64,000 nucleotides of DNA. Origin: Paraspadella gotoi. Its lineage: Eukaryota; Animalia; Chaetognatha. This document shows, in pieces, positions 1-14,189 of the stretch; position 1 is the stretch's first letter, and each line of letters opens with the position of its first letter. The DNA lies in contig CM119263.1 of NCBI GenBank assembly GCA_051294375.1, positions 23,720,192 through 23,784,191 on the forward strand, read 5' to 3'. The notes beneath the pieces were generated by a model. The model was not told where the DNA came from. It made no database searches and was given only the letters and a program-made list of their open reading frames with translations. The translations under genes and the position numbers were made by a program.

Positions 1-1342
1 CCGCCGCCGCGCACCGAAGAGGGTGCCAGCAATAGCGACGTTTGATAGCGGTGCGCCGCGGCTGCGTGGTGCGCGTGATGCGCGGCTGCTTGGAATCTAC
101 TAGTCGAAGGGTAGTACGGATCGTGATGCATGGATCTGTGTGCCGAAGAATAATGGCCACCCTGAGTGTGAGTCGTGGAACCCGTGGTCGGCATTCCGGC
201 CAGAGCGGGATAATGACTCCAAGGATCCGAGGCGGATGACTGATGGTGAAGTCTTTGATGGGCCGCCGCCGCCAAGTGGTGTGCGGCCGCAGCCGCGTGA
301 TAAGGATCGGCGCTGGCGAAAAGATCGTGCGAGGCGACTGCAGCGGCCGCCGCTGCTGCCGCGCCGTTGTTATGATGGTGATGGGGACGGGGGAAAAGAT
401 AGTCATCGTTATGGTGCGATGAGTATTGTGCGTGGGCGTTCCAGAAGGAAGCCGGGAAATTCCTCGACGCCATTGGACTGATCTCTCGCCACTGAAGCAG
501 AGACGATGATTTGTCGCCACCGAGCGACGGTGAGAAGCTGGCGTGGTTCAACGACTTTGTAAAATGCTCGTCTACTTTGTGACCCACGTCTCCGCTGAAA
601 GATGGGGATGTTTGTCATCAATTCTCTAACATTTTTTCGCTGGCTTAGTTAAATAAAATTAGTTAAAAACCTGAAGTAAAATAACAAAACGCAGTTTCCC
701 GAAATGTAATGCGTGTCCAGGATCGGTTCAGTTTCCGCCTCTTTCATGAGCGCCAACGCCCCCGTTTCTTGCGATTGCGTTCGGGAGATGGATGGGCTTG
801 GACTGGGATCTGTCTTCGTGCTCGTCCCTTTAGTGAAAAATCATTGAATGTCTGTATACCGGGATGATGGAATTTAATCTTATATTGTAAACGCTTTACC
901 TTGCGAATTATCTCGCTTCATCGACCCAAAAGAACCAGAACCCATCCGCGGGGTCGTAGGTCGATATTGCGATGCGACAGAAGAAGAGGATAGATGAGTC
1001 GCTGCTCCTGCGGGGAGAGGGGGTGAATGGGGGAGTAAGGAATACTTCGAATGGAGGACGGAGTTTCTCAGCATAAAAATTCAAGAATTTATTATATCTC
1101 TCACCTGGTGACACATAGCCGGCGCTGCCGCTTCCGCTAGTGCCGGCGGGGCTACACCCTGGAGTTGTGAATACCCCGTGATAGGAAGCATCGCCTCCAT
1201 GCGCCTCGTGCACGTTCATGCGTTGATTGTAGTCGGCGCACCCAGCGGAGCGCGAATGAATTGACGAGTCTACGAACTTTCCGACGTAATCTGCGGGACT
1301 TTGGTGCAAGGAGGGAAGACCCGCTGGCAAGCAAGAGAGCAT
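1..1342 (-). CDS. VGLL: Vestigial-like (VGLL1-3/vg family) TEAD cofactor with Tondu (TDU) domain; 3' end runs off the window
   Basis: Manual splicing of exons 1342-1105, 1007-900, 827-671 and 594-<1 (GT-AG introns, phases consistent) gives MLSCL...LDTHYISGNCVLLFYFS|GDVGHKVDEHFTKSLN...PMASRNFPASFWN...His/Ala-rich...DPWSHY...YQTSLLLAPS. This matches the VGLL2/3 and vg signatures ([37 protein letters not shown]). The start codon is the least certain part. Confidence 0.93.
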
Positions 1343-3730
1343 TATGCAATGGAATGTAGCGGGTACTCGTTACGAGTCTGCGCGTTCATCCGGAATTCGG
1401 GCCGCGCTGACGAAATCCGACTCTTCGACGAGATTCTAAAACGCCTTCCAACGCCTCCAACCGACGAAACGATGAAGATCCGTTTTGTCCGCGGATGATC
1501 GCGGATTAGCGCTTCTTCGGTAACCGGATTTTCTTTCCCGACTCTGTCGATAGGGGTGTTGATCTCTGAGAGAACGAGGACTAAGTCGTTATTTTTTTTC
1601 CCCTTAGATTTATTTTAATTTGTAAATCAATGAGGACGTCGGTAAATCATCACCGCATCTTTTTTTTTTTTTATTATTCTCGATGCAAAGAAAATTCTGA
1701 CGGACGATAAGCGATTCTTTTTCATCAATTCTGACACCCGCTTCTCGCTCTTCCTCCTTCATCCCCCCACCGATCTTTTTCCTCTTCCATCTCATCCCCG
1801 TCATCCTCCTCCGCTGGTCCGTCGGTTCCCTTTTCCCGCTTCATCTTCTTCTTCCTTTTTTTCTCTTTTCTTCTTCTTCCTTTTTTTTTTCATCTTAGTT
1901 TTGGATGTTTGGCTTCAAGACGGGTTGTCGCCCCGTCTTGGAGTCTGAAGAAGGGGGAAAAAATTAGTTTGCAAGAAAAGATAAACGCGAGAAATTACTT
2001 GACGTCGAAGGCAACACAAGAAGGGACTTGCACAAACAGGAAAATATGCGCGATTTGCGCATTTTTTTACCAAAGCATTTTCAAAAAGTAAAAATATTTT
2101 GTTACTTTGTACTAAACGAGATATATCTTTAAAGTAAAGTTTTTTCTTATTTTCGTCAGAATCTTTCGTTTCTTGCTATTTTCTTGCAATTTCAAATTAG
2201 AATCGGTAATTTTAATGCCGATAAATCTTTTTTTTTTTTAATCAGTTTATTATTTTCAAATCTTAGACTCGTAACATTTTTCTTAGTGCGAATCTTACTC
2301 TAAAAACATGCCCGTCGACATTTTCGCTTTGCAAGATCTAGGAGCAGGTTTCGTTTGTGACCCTTTGTTTCTCAAAAATTTTTTTGAATATCAAGAAACT
2401 TTGCCACATGCCATAACAGGACCACCCACTATGAACGGTTTTCTTAATTTTAACCTTTCCATCCTTTTTTTATGTTTCATTCATTCCATAATTATAAAGA
2501 GTTAAATAAAGGTTCTTTTTATATCTGACGGAAGATGTAAGACCTGGCTTCGTGCCTTTTTTTGTTTTCACAATTTTTTTATTTGTCATGTTTGGCAAAA
2601 AAAAAAGAAGAAAAAAATATTCAGGATCAACGTCTAGTTTGCTCAGGATTAGAGGCAATGATACAGAGCTCTTCTCTATTGACGTTAGTCGTCGGTCTCG
2701 CTCTTGGATTGGTCGAGTTTCGACTCTCCGTCTGCGAATATTTATTCCCAGATTGGTTGTCTTTCTTGTTGAGGTCAGGCAGTGGAATAGTGATGGCGCC
2801 GGAATGTCCTTTGCACGGGACTCCTCTTTCTAGAGATGACAGGGAAAATAAAGAAAAGAGGCTAAGATCACACCGGCTCGGTCCTTCATGTTAAAACACC
2901 CACCCGCTGCCCAGCCACCCACATCCCCGATTTGTAATCCTCCCTCCCACTTGATTTGGAAGGATTCGCCTAAAACTTATGAAAATGAAATTTCCTTTGC
3001 TTGATCGCTTTAAAGTAAAATCCGATTCGTTATTTTTTCACGGCGTTTGTGCTTATGAATTCTTTTCGATTTAACAAATTTCAAGAATCTTTCAAAGGAG
3101 ACAATTTTCCTACTTTTTAAAGCCATGATCCATATTCTCAGACATTGTTGACACAATTTTAATTATTTTTAGGTTGAGAGGATCATCTTTTGGTGCCTTA
3201 TATATTAACCTGACTTTTGTTTGAAATTGTTTGAAAAAAGCTTTTAGCAGTCAAACGCAAATGTAATGAAAGACTTTATTTAATACAGTTACGTAGTTTA
3301 GATTTGGTTTTCGCTGCAGCATTAATAAGAGTTGAACAATACACCAATCGGAAACATCCGGTTATGAACGCTCTTAAGCGAAGGCACGCATATTCGTAGT
3401 CGGCCTCAACTCGCGTTTCCCCAGGTGAAACGGCCTTAAAAGCATGGGTGGCTGCGATGGAATTTCTGCCTCGGAATCTTTAGACACTTCAGCAAAGATT
3501 CTAAATCTTTGAGATCCGTCTCCAGGGTCCGACGCGCCGCCGACCGAGAGGCTCTGGGTGGCAGGCAGCGGAGTCTTCGACCCCCTTCGGCAGACTGGGA
3601 GACGATCTTCCGAGCGGAGGCGGCTTCGAGCTCGGTTCCCGTCCCCGACCCGGGGCGATGGCGTCGGACGATGCGCGACGACGCCGCGGTATCGGTTGGC
3701 GTCGCCGAATCCGACTTAGCGCTTACTCGC

Positions 3731-3786
<56 letters not shown>

Positions 3787-5297
3787 TTCTCCGATTTCTT
3801 CTCCTCGACGCCTTTCGTCTTTCGATCGCGGAAATTCCTCTTCTTTTTACTTGCTCTTCTTTCTCTCGACTCTTTTTCCCTGGGCTCGATCCCTCCGCCG
3901 TTTCCCCCGCCGCCTCGCGGAGGTGCCCACCGGGGCGCCATTAGGATTTGCATTCAAGGGGAGGGGACTAGATAGAAGAGTAGAAAGAGGGGGACGAGGA
4001 AGAGGGCGGTCTCGCCGTATGCCCTTCCTTGGCTCCAGCCTCGTGGGATGCATTTTTTTTAATAAAAGGTGAGAAAACACTTTGTTTACTGAGCCAAGTT
4101 TTTTTTTTCTTGCTAAAAAATCTCCGCCATTTGAACTTTTCGACTCAGCTATGAAGAATATATACGCGATTTGTACTCGTTGCCAGCATCGTATAAACAG
4201 ACGGATGTCCGTACAAGAGTAGTACAACCTTGGTTCGCCTCGTTGGCCTTGTTGCCATAGGTTCTCCTCAGAAACATTCTCGTTTCTCCCTCCTTGCATT
4301 GTCTCGTCTGCATTTGGCGTTGAAATTAAGACACTTTGATCTTCTATTGTTTCTTTGTCAACTAAAAATGTTCCCCCCGGGTTGCGAGGATTGCCAGGAA
4401 TACGAAGCAGTCAAGGAACGCGAGCTCCGAGTGAGGAGACGAATTCTTTGCCTCGTTCTTTCAAACCACAAAATGTGGACGGTTACAACTTGGAATTGAG
4501 TCTTCTTCTTAATCTCATATCCGCTTATTTCGAGCGCGCCCGTTTCCTTTTAAGCCTGAAGGTTTTGTTTATTGAATCTCGTGGCACATATAGTTGTTAT
4601 CGCCGTCGTCGTCGCGGTCCTTTCCTGGGTGGTCGATGCATTTGCGGCAAAAATTGACCTGACATTTATTTCGATCACCTGAGCAGATCATGTTCGTTTG
4701 GCGTAATTCGGGCCACCTTGCGTCAATAATGTCGACGTTAATTGATTTTATCGAAGTTAATACTTGAGTGTGAAATTCATACTGAGAGAATAATTTCCAA
4801 GCATAATATTTATCTTTCAATGTCGACATCCTATCTGTCGATTTTTTTATAAAACAAAATATCTTCCCTTTTAAAGATTGGATGTTTTTTTAACGCGCTT
4901 TCTGATTCTTATTAAAATCCTCTTAATCTTGAAACCATTTATCCTGTTGGATAAAAATGTGTTGTCGCACCGGAGAAAAATAAGAAGCTTTGAAACGTTT
5001 TTGAACTTTTCATTTGTGTACCTGAGAGATTTATCTCTGAGATTTCCTTTCCTTGGGGTTAAAAGATCATGTTCTGGTTTACATTGCAAATTGAAAGAGA
5101 ATTGGGTTAGCCTTCGAGGATTGGATCCGAGAAGTAAGACATTGTGTTCGATGGCAAATGCTACGGCTAACAGAATTTTTTTATCTTTTTTAACATCATG
5201 CTCCGATTGTATGGTTTTGTTTTTTGGCTCGTGTGTTGGCTTTGTCAATATCAATTAATAATTAGAGTAACTATTAATTTCCTTATTTTCTTCTTAG

Positions 5298-7120
<1,823 letters not shown>

Positions 7121-9379
7121 TGTAAACTGTTGATGAAAACAGTTGCTTTCAGTCTTGCTGCCAATCATGTCAACACCACGTCAGAACAATCCTTTTTGCC
7201 TTTTTTGTCACAAGCAATCTGTACTTTCTACTTTGAACTTATTAACATTTTTTTCTGCATCAGAAAAGCATCAATCATGATGTGCCGTGTGCGTTACAGA
7301 CATTCCTTTAGTATGATGGTGGATTGATTTTGTTTGAGTTCTAGTCAATATAGTAAGTACATTTGTTTAGACTCAACTTCAAAATCGACACATTGGATCA
7401 AAACTAAATATCAAGATTATCGGTTTCAAAAAATATTTTTTTCCCTTTTGTGGGTGCTTCATGATTGTTTTTTTTTTAAGATTTGTTTCTATGGTATGGT
7501 GTTTAAATGCCCAAAATATTTATTTTTGTGTTAATCGACGACTGAATAATTGCATATTTATCGTTAATTTTTTGGCTACAGTTTACTTAAAATATACTAG
7601 TGACTTGATTTAAAAATTAACGGTTTAGTATTGATTAAAACTTTACTCTAGTTTATAACGTATGCTAACCTGTCAAAAGTCTGTTCTCTGTTTTCTTTTG
7701 CTACTAATTTTGGGTTGTAAACCATCGAAGAGCCCTCATTTATTTTCCTAAAGTGCTTCCATTGTTATATGACCATATCATCCAGTTTAAAACGTCTTAA
7801 TAGGAAAAACTTAACAAAAAAAAACTCTCGAAATTTAATTCGTCTATTTTCACAGAATTAAGTTTGCGGACCAAAAAATGATTTTTTTTTGTGAAATATA
7901 CAAACGTGCCTAATCTTTTTACCATCCAAATATGGAATGTTTTGGGAAAGCTTTTGCTACTGAAAAGATCTACTTTTGCACTGGTTGTATCATTGTCCTC
8001 CGCCCTTTACTCATTGTCTGTTCAGGAATGTGATGACGTAGACGTAGATTGCTTCAAATTTTTTTTTAGAAACTAGGGATTTACTTATTTTTAAAATTGT
8101 GCTTTCTTTGGCATTTAGCTGTAGTGCTATTGTCTTTACCTCTCCAATTTTGTCAAAATCTCATGTTTAAGCGTGGAAGTTGCCCATTGAACACAATTGT
8201 ACTGACTTCTTCCATCTTTTAAATATCGCACAATCCCCCAGAAAAAAAGCTGACCAAGTCTTCTCATTGTGTGTCATAATCGTTGTTATTTGTTTTAAAT
8301 TGTTACTAGGAATCTGTAATCAAATTTTTTTTATAGCAATTTAGGAAAAATTATTCTTATTTTTTGACACTACATGATATTGGAAACTTGGCCGAGCCGT
8401 TATCGCCCGCTTATCCTTATCACAAAAGTTTATTTTTTCTTAATTTTCGACAAAAAAAAATTAAAATTTCGATATAACGGCGTTTAGGGAATCGTTAATA
8501 CTCATATTTAAAAAAATAATTTGTTAGTTATAAACCAATAAAAAGTGCATTTGAGTCCACGCAGTTAACTATGTAATATTATAAACTTAAGCGTCAATCG
8601 TTTGCACATGATTTAGAAAGAGAACCAGAAGCGCCTAATATACTGTTGGCTGTATTTAAATGATCCAGTGATATTAACTTTGATCGGCTTTCTTCAGTTT
8701 CAGCATCCACCTTGAAATGTTTGTTGTGCAGCCTTTGAAGACGTAGTTTATCGAGACTCGACCTCAGTTTGCCATCTGGCATCGAATTTATCTAAGTCAT
8801 ATCATGTGCTTATAACTTTTTCCAAATTCAATTATTTAAACATAGCGCCTTACTAATTGCCTTACCAAAAGAACACTTTTTGTTAAAAACGTACTTTGAG
8901 TGATTTAATGAAATTGGTACAACCAATTGAGTGATTTAGTGTTAGAGAAAAAAGAGTGCTAAAACCCCACAATGGTTGCTGTGTGGTATTGAAAAAATAA
9001 ACCTTTTTAAAAAATCAAAATTGTAAGTATATATATTTGAGGTATAAAATTGTCACCGCGTTATATACACGTTGTTGTAAATGAGGACTCGGTCATAAAA
9101 TTAATAAAAACTATACACTTTACATTTATAATATTCGAGTTGTCTCTTCTAGGAGATATCAATAAAATTGCTTCTTTGTACTGAAAATGCGTTCTTACTT
9201 CAGACGGAATTTTATCCGAAAATAGTTTAGGAACCTTTATATAAAATTATGTTTTTTAGGGAAAAATGTCTAGTTTTATTTTCTCGAATTCCTGCCGCAA
9301 AGAAGTCAATCATTTTAATGAAGGATAGATAATTTCTTTTTTCCCCAATTCTACTACCCGAAAAGCAAAACTTGGGTGT

Positions 9380-11381
9380 TCAAGACAGCAATTTCTTGGT
9401 AATGTGCAACCTCGCCGCCAGATTTCCGTCGCGCAAAGTGGCGGCCTCGAACTGACTCTTATTCTTGTTGCTATTGGTGTTCTTCAACACTCTGGGTTCG
9501 AGAGAGGGCGTGCCCGTCGTTGACTCAGTCTCGTCGCTTGAAACCTTAGATTCCACGACCGTTTCTCTCTCGGCCTCGCGTTTTCTGTGCAGAGGGAAAA
9601 TGATAGGCTAATAACAGTATTATTTGGGTTCTAAGTGGAGAAAAATAAATTGCACTTACTTCGGGGCGTGCCTGATATGCTTCACATCGTCGTTGTACTG
9701 CAACTCGCGAATCAACTCCTTTTTCTGCTTTTCCAGATTTAGCTTATGAATGTGAAGGGCTCGCGTGGCTTCGATCAGCTCTAGCAGTTGCTGTATAGTT
9801 GAAGATGAAAAAAGTCATAGTTAATAGTTTTATAGCTTTATTTCACAAATAAAAACGATTGAAAATGTATTTTTTAATTTTTTTTATCTCGCCAGCGAAG
9901 AGACTTGTTATTTTTATGGGAAAGTTTGACAAACGTTTCTCAGTTTTTCGAACTGTCGGAAATTTTCTTTGTGTTTTGTTAGTTTAATTTTGATTGTTGT
10001 TTTTGTTTTCCTGACCTGTCTCATTTCCCTATTATCCTTCTTGCTGTTCTCCGAATGTTTGTTGAGACAGTCCGTCGCTTCTTTTTTTGCTTGTTTGGAG
10101 AGGACGGCAATGGTCTCTTCCGATTCCTGGTAACAGACGGCGTCAAGACTCAAGAGACGGTAATTCCGAAATCGCTCATCCGCGATTTTTAATCTCACCT
10201 CTTCGAACGCTCTCTTCTCCACCAAAAACTGCGCCTTCAGTTGTTGAATTGCCTCGGAATGTTCTACTTGCATTCTCGCCACTTGGGCTTGTAGCTCTAT
10301 AAAAAAATATTAACAGATTCCTGAAAATGGAATAATTCGTATGAAACCCTCGCCAAATCGACGAGACCTTGGATGCGTTCGGTCTGCTTCTGCTGCAAAT
10401 CCCTGTACTCGTCCAGATTGTTGAGCTCCAACTGTGTCGACGCCAACAGATTCTCTTTCATCAAAATTTTGTCACGAAGTTCGTCCTTCTGCTTTTCGAA
10501 TTCTTCCTGCAGTTGGCGATCTTCCTCCTGGGGGAAAAAAGAATCGGTTGAATTATATGACACAGGATAACTGAAATCGCCATCGTTGAGAGTAGTTGTC
10601 GTCGTCATACAACAAACTTACAAAGTTGGTAAAACTCTTCGTTACAAATGTCGTCCAGGTGTCACAAGGTCGCTTTTTTCTTTCTTCTATTTATTTCTTT
10701 TTCTGTTTTTCTTTTCCTTTTTCTTTTCTTTAATACAAACTTTGATTTTCTCGATTTCTTTGTGGTTTTCGTCGTTAATGCTGACGATGATGTCGTGTCT
10801 CTTGCTCGTCTTCTTCTCCATATAGGCCAAGTACTCTTGCGTCTCGTTGCGAATGTTCGCCGCCTCTTCCTGTTTGGCGCCGAAAATTATCCATAGGTCC
10901 CTTACATTGGTCATTTGTCAAATAGCAGAAAAGACTGCGATTCTAATGAGGACACAAAACTACACACCGTCAGACGAACGTATTCCTTCCGCGCTTTCTC
11001 CACGTTGTCTCTCGCATCTTGCAGCGTCTTCCATGCGATGTCGTATTGTTCTCTGATATTAGCGAACGAATTGGTAAGTCATTGTCTTCGTCTTCGTCTT
11101 AGACATTGTGACGACCAAGCTGTCTAGCTTTGACCCGCTCCCTGGCTGACTCTTCTACTCACTCCCAGGTCAACTGGTTGCTCGTTCTAGGCGGACCCGC
11201 CGCGGCGGCCTTCTTTTTCTTTTTCCCGCTCACGTTCCATCCAAAGGCATCGCTTCGTGGAGAAGGTGAGGGACATTTTATCAGTTTCGTTGGTTTTATT
11301 ACTACATTTTAGGAAACTGATTAACCTCAATGCGGTCTCCCTCTCGCTCGCCCCCTCGTTCGGGTCCCAATCCGATTCCAT
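9380..11381 (-). CDS. CCDC166: Coiled-coil protein, CCDC166/CCDC121 (DUF4515) family, multi-exon
   Basis: Spliced translation includes KKKKKAAAAG...EEAANIRNETQEYLAYMEKKTSKRHDIIVSINDENHKEI...LDEYRDLQQKQTERIQ...MQVEHSEAIQQLKAQFLVEKRAFEE...SKKDNREMRQQLLELI, aligning by recall with CCDC166 (EENRLYASYV...YKVLQLEQLARI...MRVEHTQLL...FLEDKAAFE...KADNGRLRQELL). Stop TGA at 9382-9380. The N-terminal exons are less certain. Confidence 0.75.
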
Positions 11382-11755
11382 GATGATTGATGACCTGGCA
11401 CATAAAAAAGTGAATCCGCTGAATAATGAATAAATTCATTTTCTATCTCATTAATAACTTACTTTCTAATACGGATGATAATTGAACGATTTATCCATTG
11501 CTCCGACGATTTCTAAAAAGTCTATTCTTGAATTCGAACCTAAGAAGCTTTGATAAGCAAATTCAGTTAAATTTAAAAGAAATCTGAAATGATTGAAATA
11601 ACTATTAGCGACCTAAAATGGCAAAATATGGTCATATTTGACGTTCGAGGATTTTTTGACAAGCAATCCGAAGCATCAGATGCATCATATTCATCCTTAT
11701 GCATCATCCCAAAAATTAAGCATTTTTTAACGTTTTTTTGTCCACCAATTGAATG

Positions 11756-13087
11756 TCAACCAGACCCGTTTATTTTGAGGTAAGGCACGAGTTCCCCTCC
11801 CTCCACTCGTTCCTGCGTCTTGTATAAGTAACTCTGCGGTCCATAACGAGGGAACCAATAATATTCAGTCTGAATTCCATGCGAGAGTTGCGCCAGAATG
11901 GTGACGCCGTCGACGACGTAAGGCTGAACGTCCGTGTTTTCCGGAAGAAGACGTCCCGAGTCGACGAGGCCCTTGAAGGCATCGGCGGCGACGGTGACCA
12001 GATCGTTTCCCCACACGTAGAGGTTAGTGAGGTTGGCGTTGTGGACGAGGGAGCTGGCGATGGCGCAGAGGCCAACTCCGCCGATCTTGTTGTAGGTGAC
12101 GACGAGATTCGTCAGGCGCGTGTTGACGGCCAGCGCGTTGGCCAAGTGCAGGGCCCCGTCGTCCTCCAGCCTATTCCCAGCCAGGTTAAGCAGCTGCAGC
12201 GGAGTGTTGCGACGCAGCAGCTGCGAGAGTTGGTAAGTGCCGTCGCGAGTGATGCGGTTCTGACCGAGATCAAGGTAAGTCAACGTCTCGTTGTGGACGA
12301 GCTTCTCGGCGAGTCGAGTGGCGCCAAAGTCGCAGACGTTGTGCTTCTGCAGGTGGATCTCTTTGAGGCCACGATTGACTTTCAACATGTTGGCCAGATG
12401 CACCGTGGTCTCCTCCTCCTTGGAGAAGAGCAACGGGTTGTTGATGTTGAGCGCGAGAAGTGAATCGTTGTGGTTGAGGACGGTAGCGAGGGCGATGACG
12501 CTTTCCGTCCTCTGATCCGTGTCGCCGAGATCGAGAGATACCAGCGACTCATTGATCTGCAGCGCCTGCGCGAACGACATCCCTCCCGCGTTGCCGATCT
12601 TGTTCCCGTTGATGCGGAGGCGTCGGAGCGATCGATTTTCGAGCAGCGCCGACCCAATAGCCGCTCCACCGGCCGAGCCTACGTCATTGCAGGAAAGCGT
12701 CAGCTCCTCCAGCGCTGTGTCGGGAAGGCGGAGAAAGTCGGCAAGTCTTGCGGCGCCGGCGTCGGTAAGTCGGTTGTAGCGAAGGTCGAGACGCACCACG
12801 GCCGGATTCCGCTCCAAAGTCCGGCAGAGAGGATCAACGTCCACGTCCTCCACGCGCGTCTCCGTCGAACAAGTGAGATGATCGTTGCCGCCGAGATCAA
12901 GGACGGCACGACGTCGCCGCTCCTCTGGAAGCGGATCCAGGTAGGCTTCTGTCGAGCCTTCCCGGGCCGCCTCGCGTTCCAACACTTTCAGGATGCGCTC
13001 GTTCTCGTCCGCGCCCAATTCCGCGCTGATTTTGATGTAGTCCGAAAGGACTTTGCCGAAAACGGCTTCGTCAAGCTCCTCTTCCAT
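11756..13087 (-). CDS. LRRC34: Leucine-rich repeat protein 34 (RNI-like LRRs), intronless coding region
   Basis: Single 443-aa ORF with RNI-like LRRs and motifs diagnostic of LRRC34 (GNKIGNAGGMSFAQALQINESL..LDLGDTD, SVIALATVL, PLLFSKEEETTVH, YVWGN, PENTDVQPYVVDG, YYW). Confidence 0.92.
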   Translation of the reverse strand: MEEELDEAVFGKVLSDYIKISAELGADENERILKVLEREAAREGSTEAYLDPLPEERRRRAVLDLGGNDHLTCSTETRVEDVDVDPLCRTLERNPAVVRLDLRYNRLTDAGAARLADFLRLPDTALEELTLSCNDVGSAGGAAIGSALLENRSLRRLRINGNKIGNAGGMSFAQALQINESLVSLDLGDTDQRTESVIALATVLNHNDSLLALNINNPLLFSKEEETTVHLANMLKVNRGLKEIHLQKHNVCDFGATRLAEKLVHNETLTYLDLGQNRITRDGTYQLSQLLRRNTPLQLLNLAGNRLEDDGALHLANALAVNTRLTNLVVTYNKIGGVGLCAIASSLVHNANLTNLYVWGNDLVTVAADAFKGLVDSGRLLPENTDVQPYVVDGVTILAQLSHGIQTEYYWFPRYGPQSYLYKTQERVEGGELVPYLKINGSG

Positions 13088-13274
13088 AGGTCTTTCTCAC
13101 GAGAGATGGATTGATATCCCTTTTTATTATCAATGCAACGTTTTCTACCGAAATGTTTATTTCATATAGATTCCCCCTTAGGTTTTGCAACACGAAAGGC
13201 ATCAAAAATATATTTTTTTTATGAATGAGTAAAGATCCAAAACCTCTCGAAACTTTCCTCTAACTGATTTACTT

Positions 13275-13287
13275 GTTCCTTCGCAAC
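13275..13287. promoter_or_regulatory. RFX X-box-like motif upstream of LRRC34
   Basis: GTTCCTTCGCAAC, an imperfect 13-bp GTTNCY-N-NGCAAC palindrome about 190 bp upstream of the LRRC34 ATG. RFX X-boxes are typical of ciliary gene promoters. Confidence 0.4.
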
Positions 13288-14189
13288 CGATCGGGGATTT
13301 CGACGAAAGAGTTTTGTTCAAGGAAAAGTCTTGATGAAACGGAACACGCAATGAACAAAAGAACATTATGCTAACAACAAATAAAAAACTTATTTCTTTT
13401 TTTCAATCAATTAACAAATCAATAAAAGACTCATTCAGCATCCAAGCATTAATTCATGAAATTAATCATTCGATGAGCAATTCAGTTCTTATGATGAAAG
13501 AGAAAGAAAATAAAGTCATTGTATGGACTCTCAGGATATTAAGGAAGCAATAATATTTTCTCCCTCCCAGTCGATTTTATCTTAGCCCATAAAGAAGGCA
13601 ATTTTTCTTTGCTCCTAATCGGTTGAATAATGAGGGAAAACATTACCAAAACAGACACCCTAAAAACCAAAACACAGAAAACTTGGCCGTCTCGAGAACA
13701 AGATTCATCATCAACTTCTCCATCCAGCAGGGATTCACAGTTAACTAGGCCCATCTCTCCCCCGCCCCCCTTCCGCGCGCTGATTAGCCATGGATCGATC
13801 TCACTACTCAACTTCGTTCTTGCTTCTACCACATGGTTTCGCCGGCGATAACAGGGATCGAAAAGAGGAGAGAGAAAAACCGTCTCGCTTAATTGTTAAA
13901 TCGGGCGTTACAGGTTCACGATCCAAACTCTCGAGTTGCGTAAAATGCCAGTGAATTTCGAATTTAGCTTTTTTTTTTCGCAAATGACTACGAGTCCTAG
14001 CTTTCATTTTGTTTTCGCAACATTTTTGTTTTTGTTTTTTTAATTGTGTTGTTTTTTTTTTTAAATCGAGATTTGATCTCTCTTTTTTTTTTCTAGTTTT
14101 CGCGACGAGTGCTTCAAGATTTTTTTTTTTGCGCCGCCGCGAATTTTTGAATAGTAGGATTAAATTATCTTTCGTATTTAAAAAAAAAA

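Noticed and set aside
42-621. ORF-track ORFs 42-239, 140-481 (+) and 409-621 (-)
   Set aside because: Shadow or off-frame readings of the VGLL exon 594-<1.
3509-4299. Long ORFs with SLSLSL/ERERER runs
   Set aside because: Produced by (CT)n microsatellites and GC-rich non-coding sequence. The same applies to similar ORFs at 32360, 33948-34888, 38062-38391, 42231-42726 and 46947-47267.
4871-5258. Overlapping 126/127-aa ORFs on both strands
   Set aside because: AT-rich, no domain and no TEA-domain similarity; most likely TEAD intron sequence.
11879-13114. 194-aa and 214-aa plus-strand ORFs
   Set aside because: Antisense shadows of the GC3-rich LRRC34 CDS. The same applies to 21055-21618 and 22766-23317 opposite the MORN genes.
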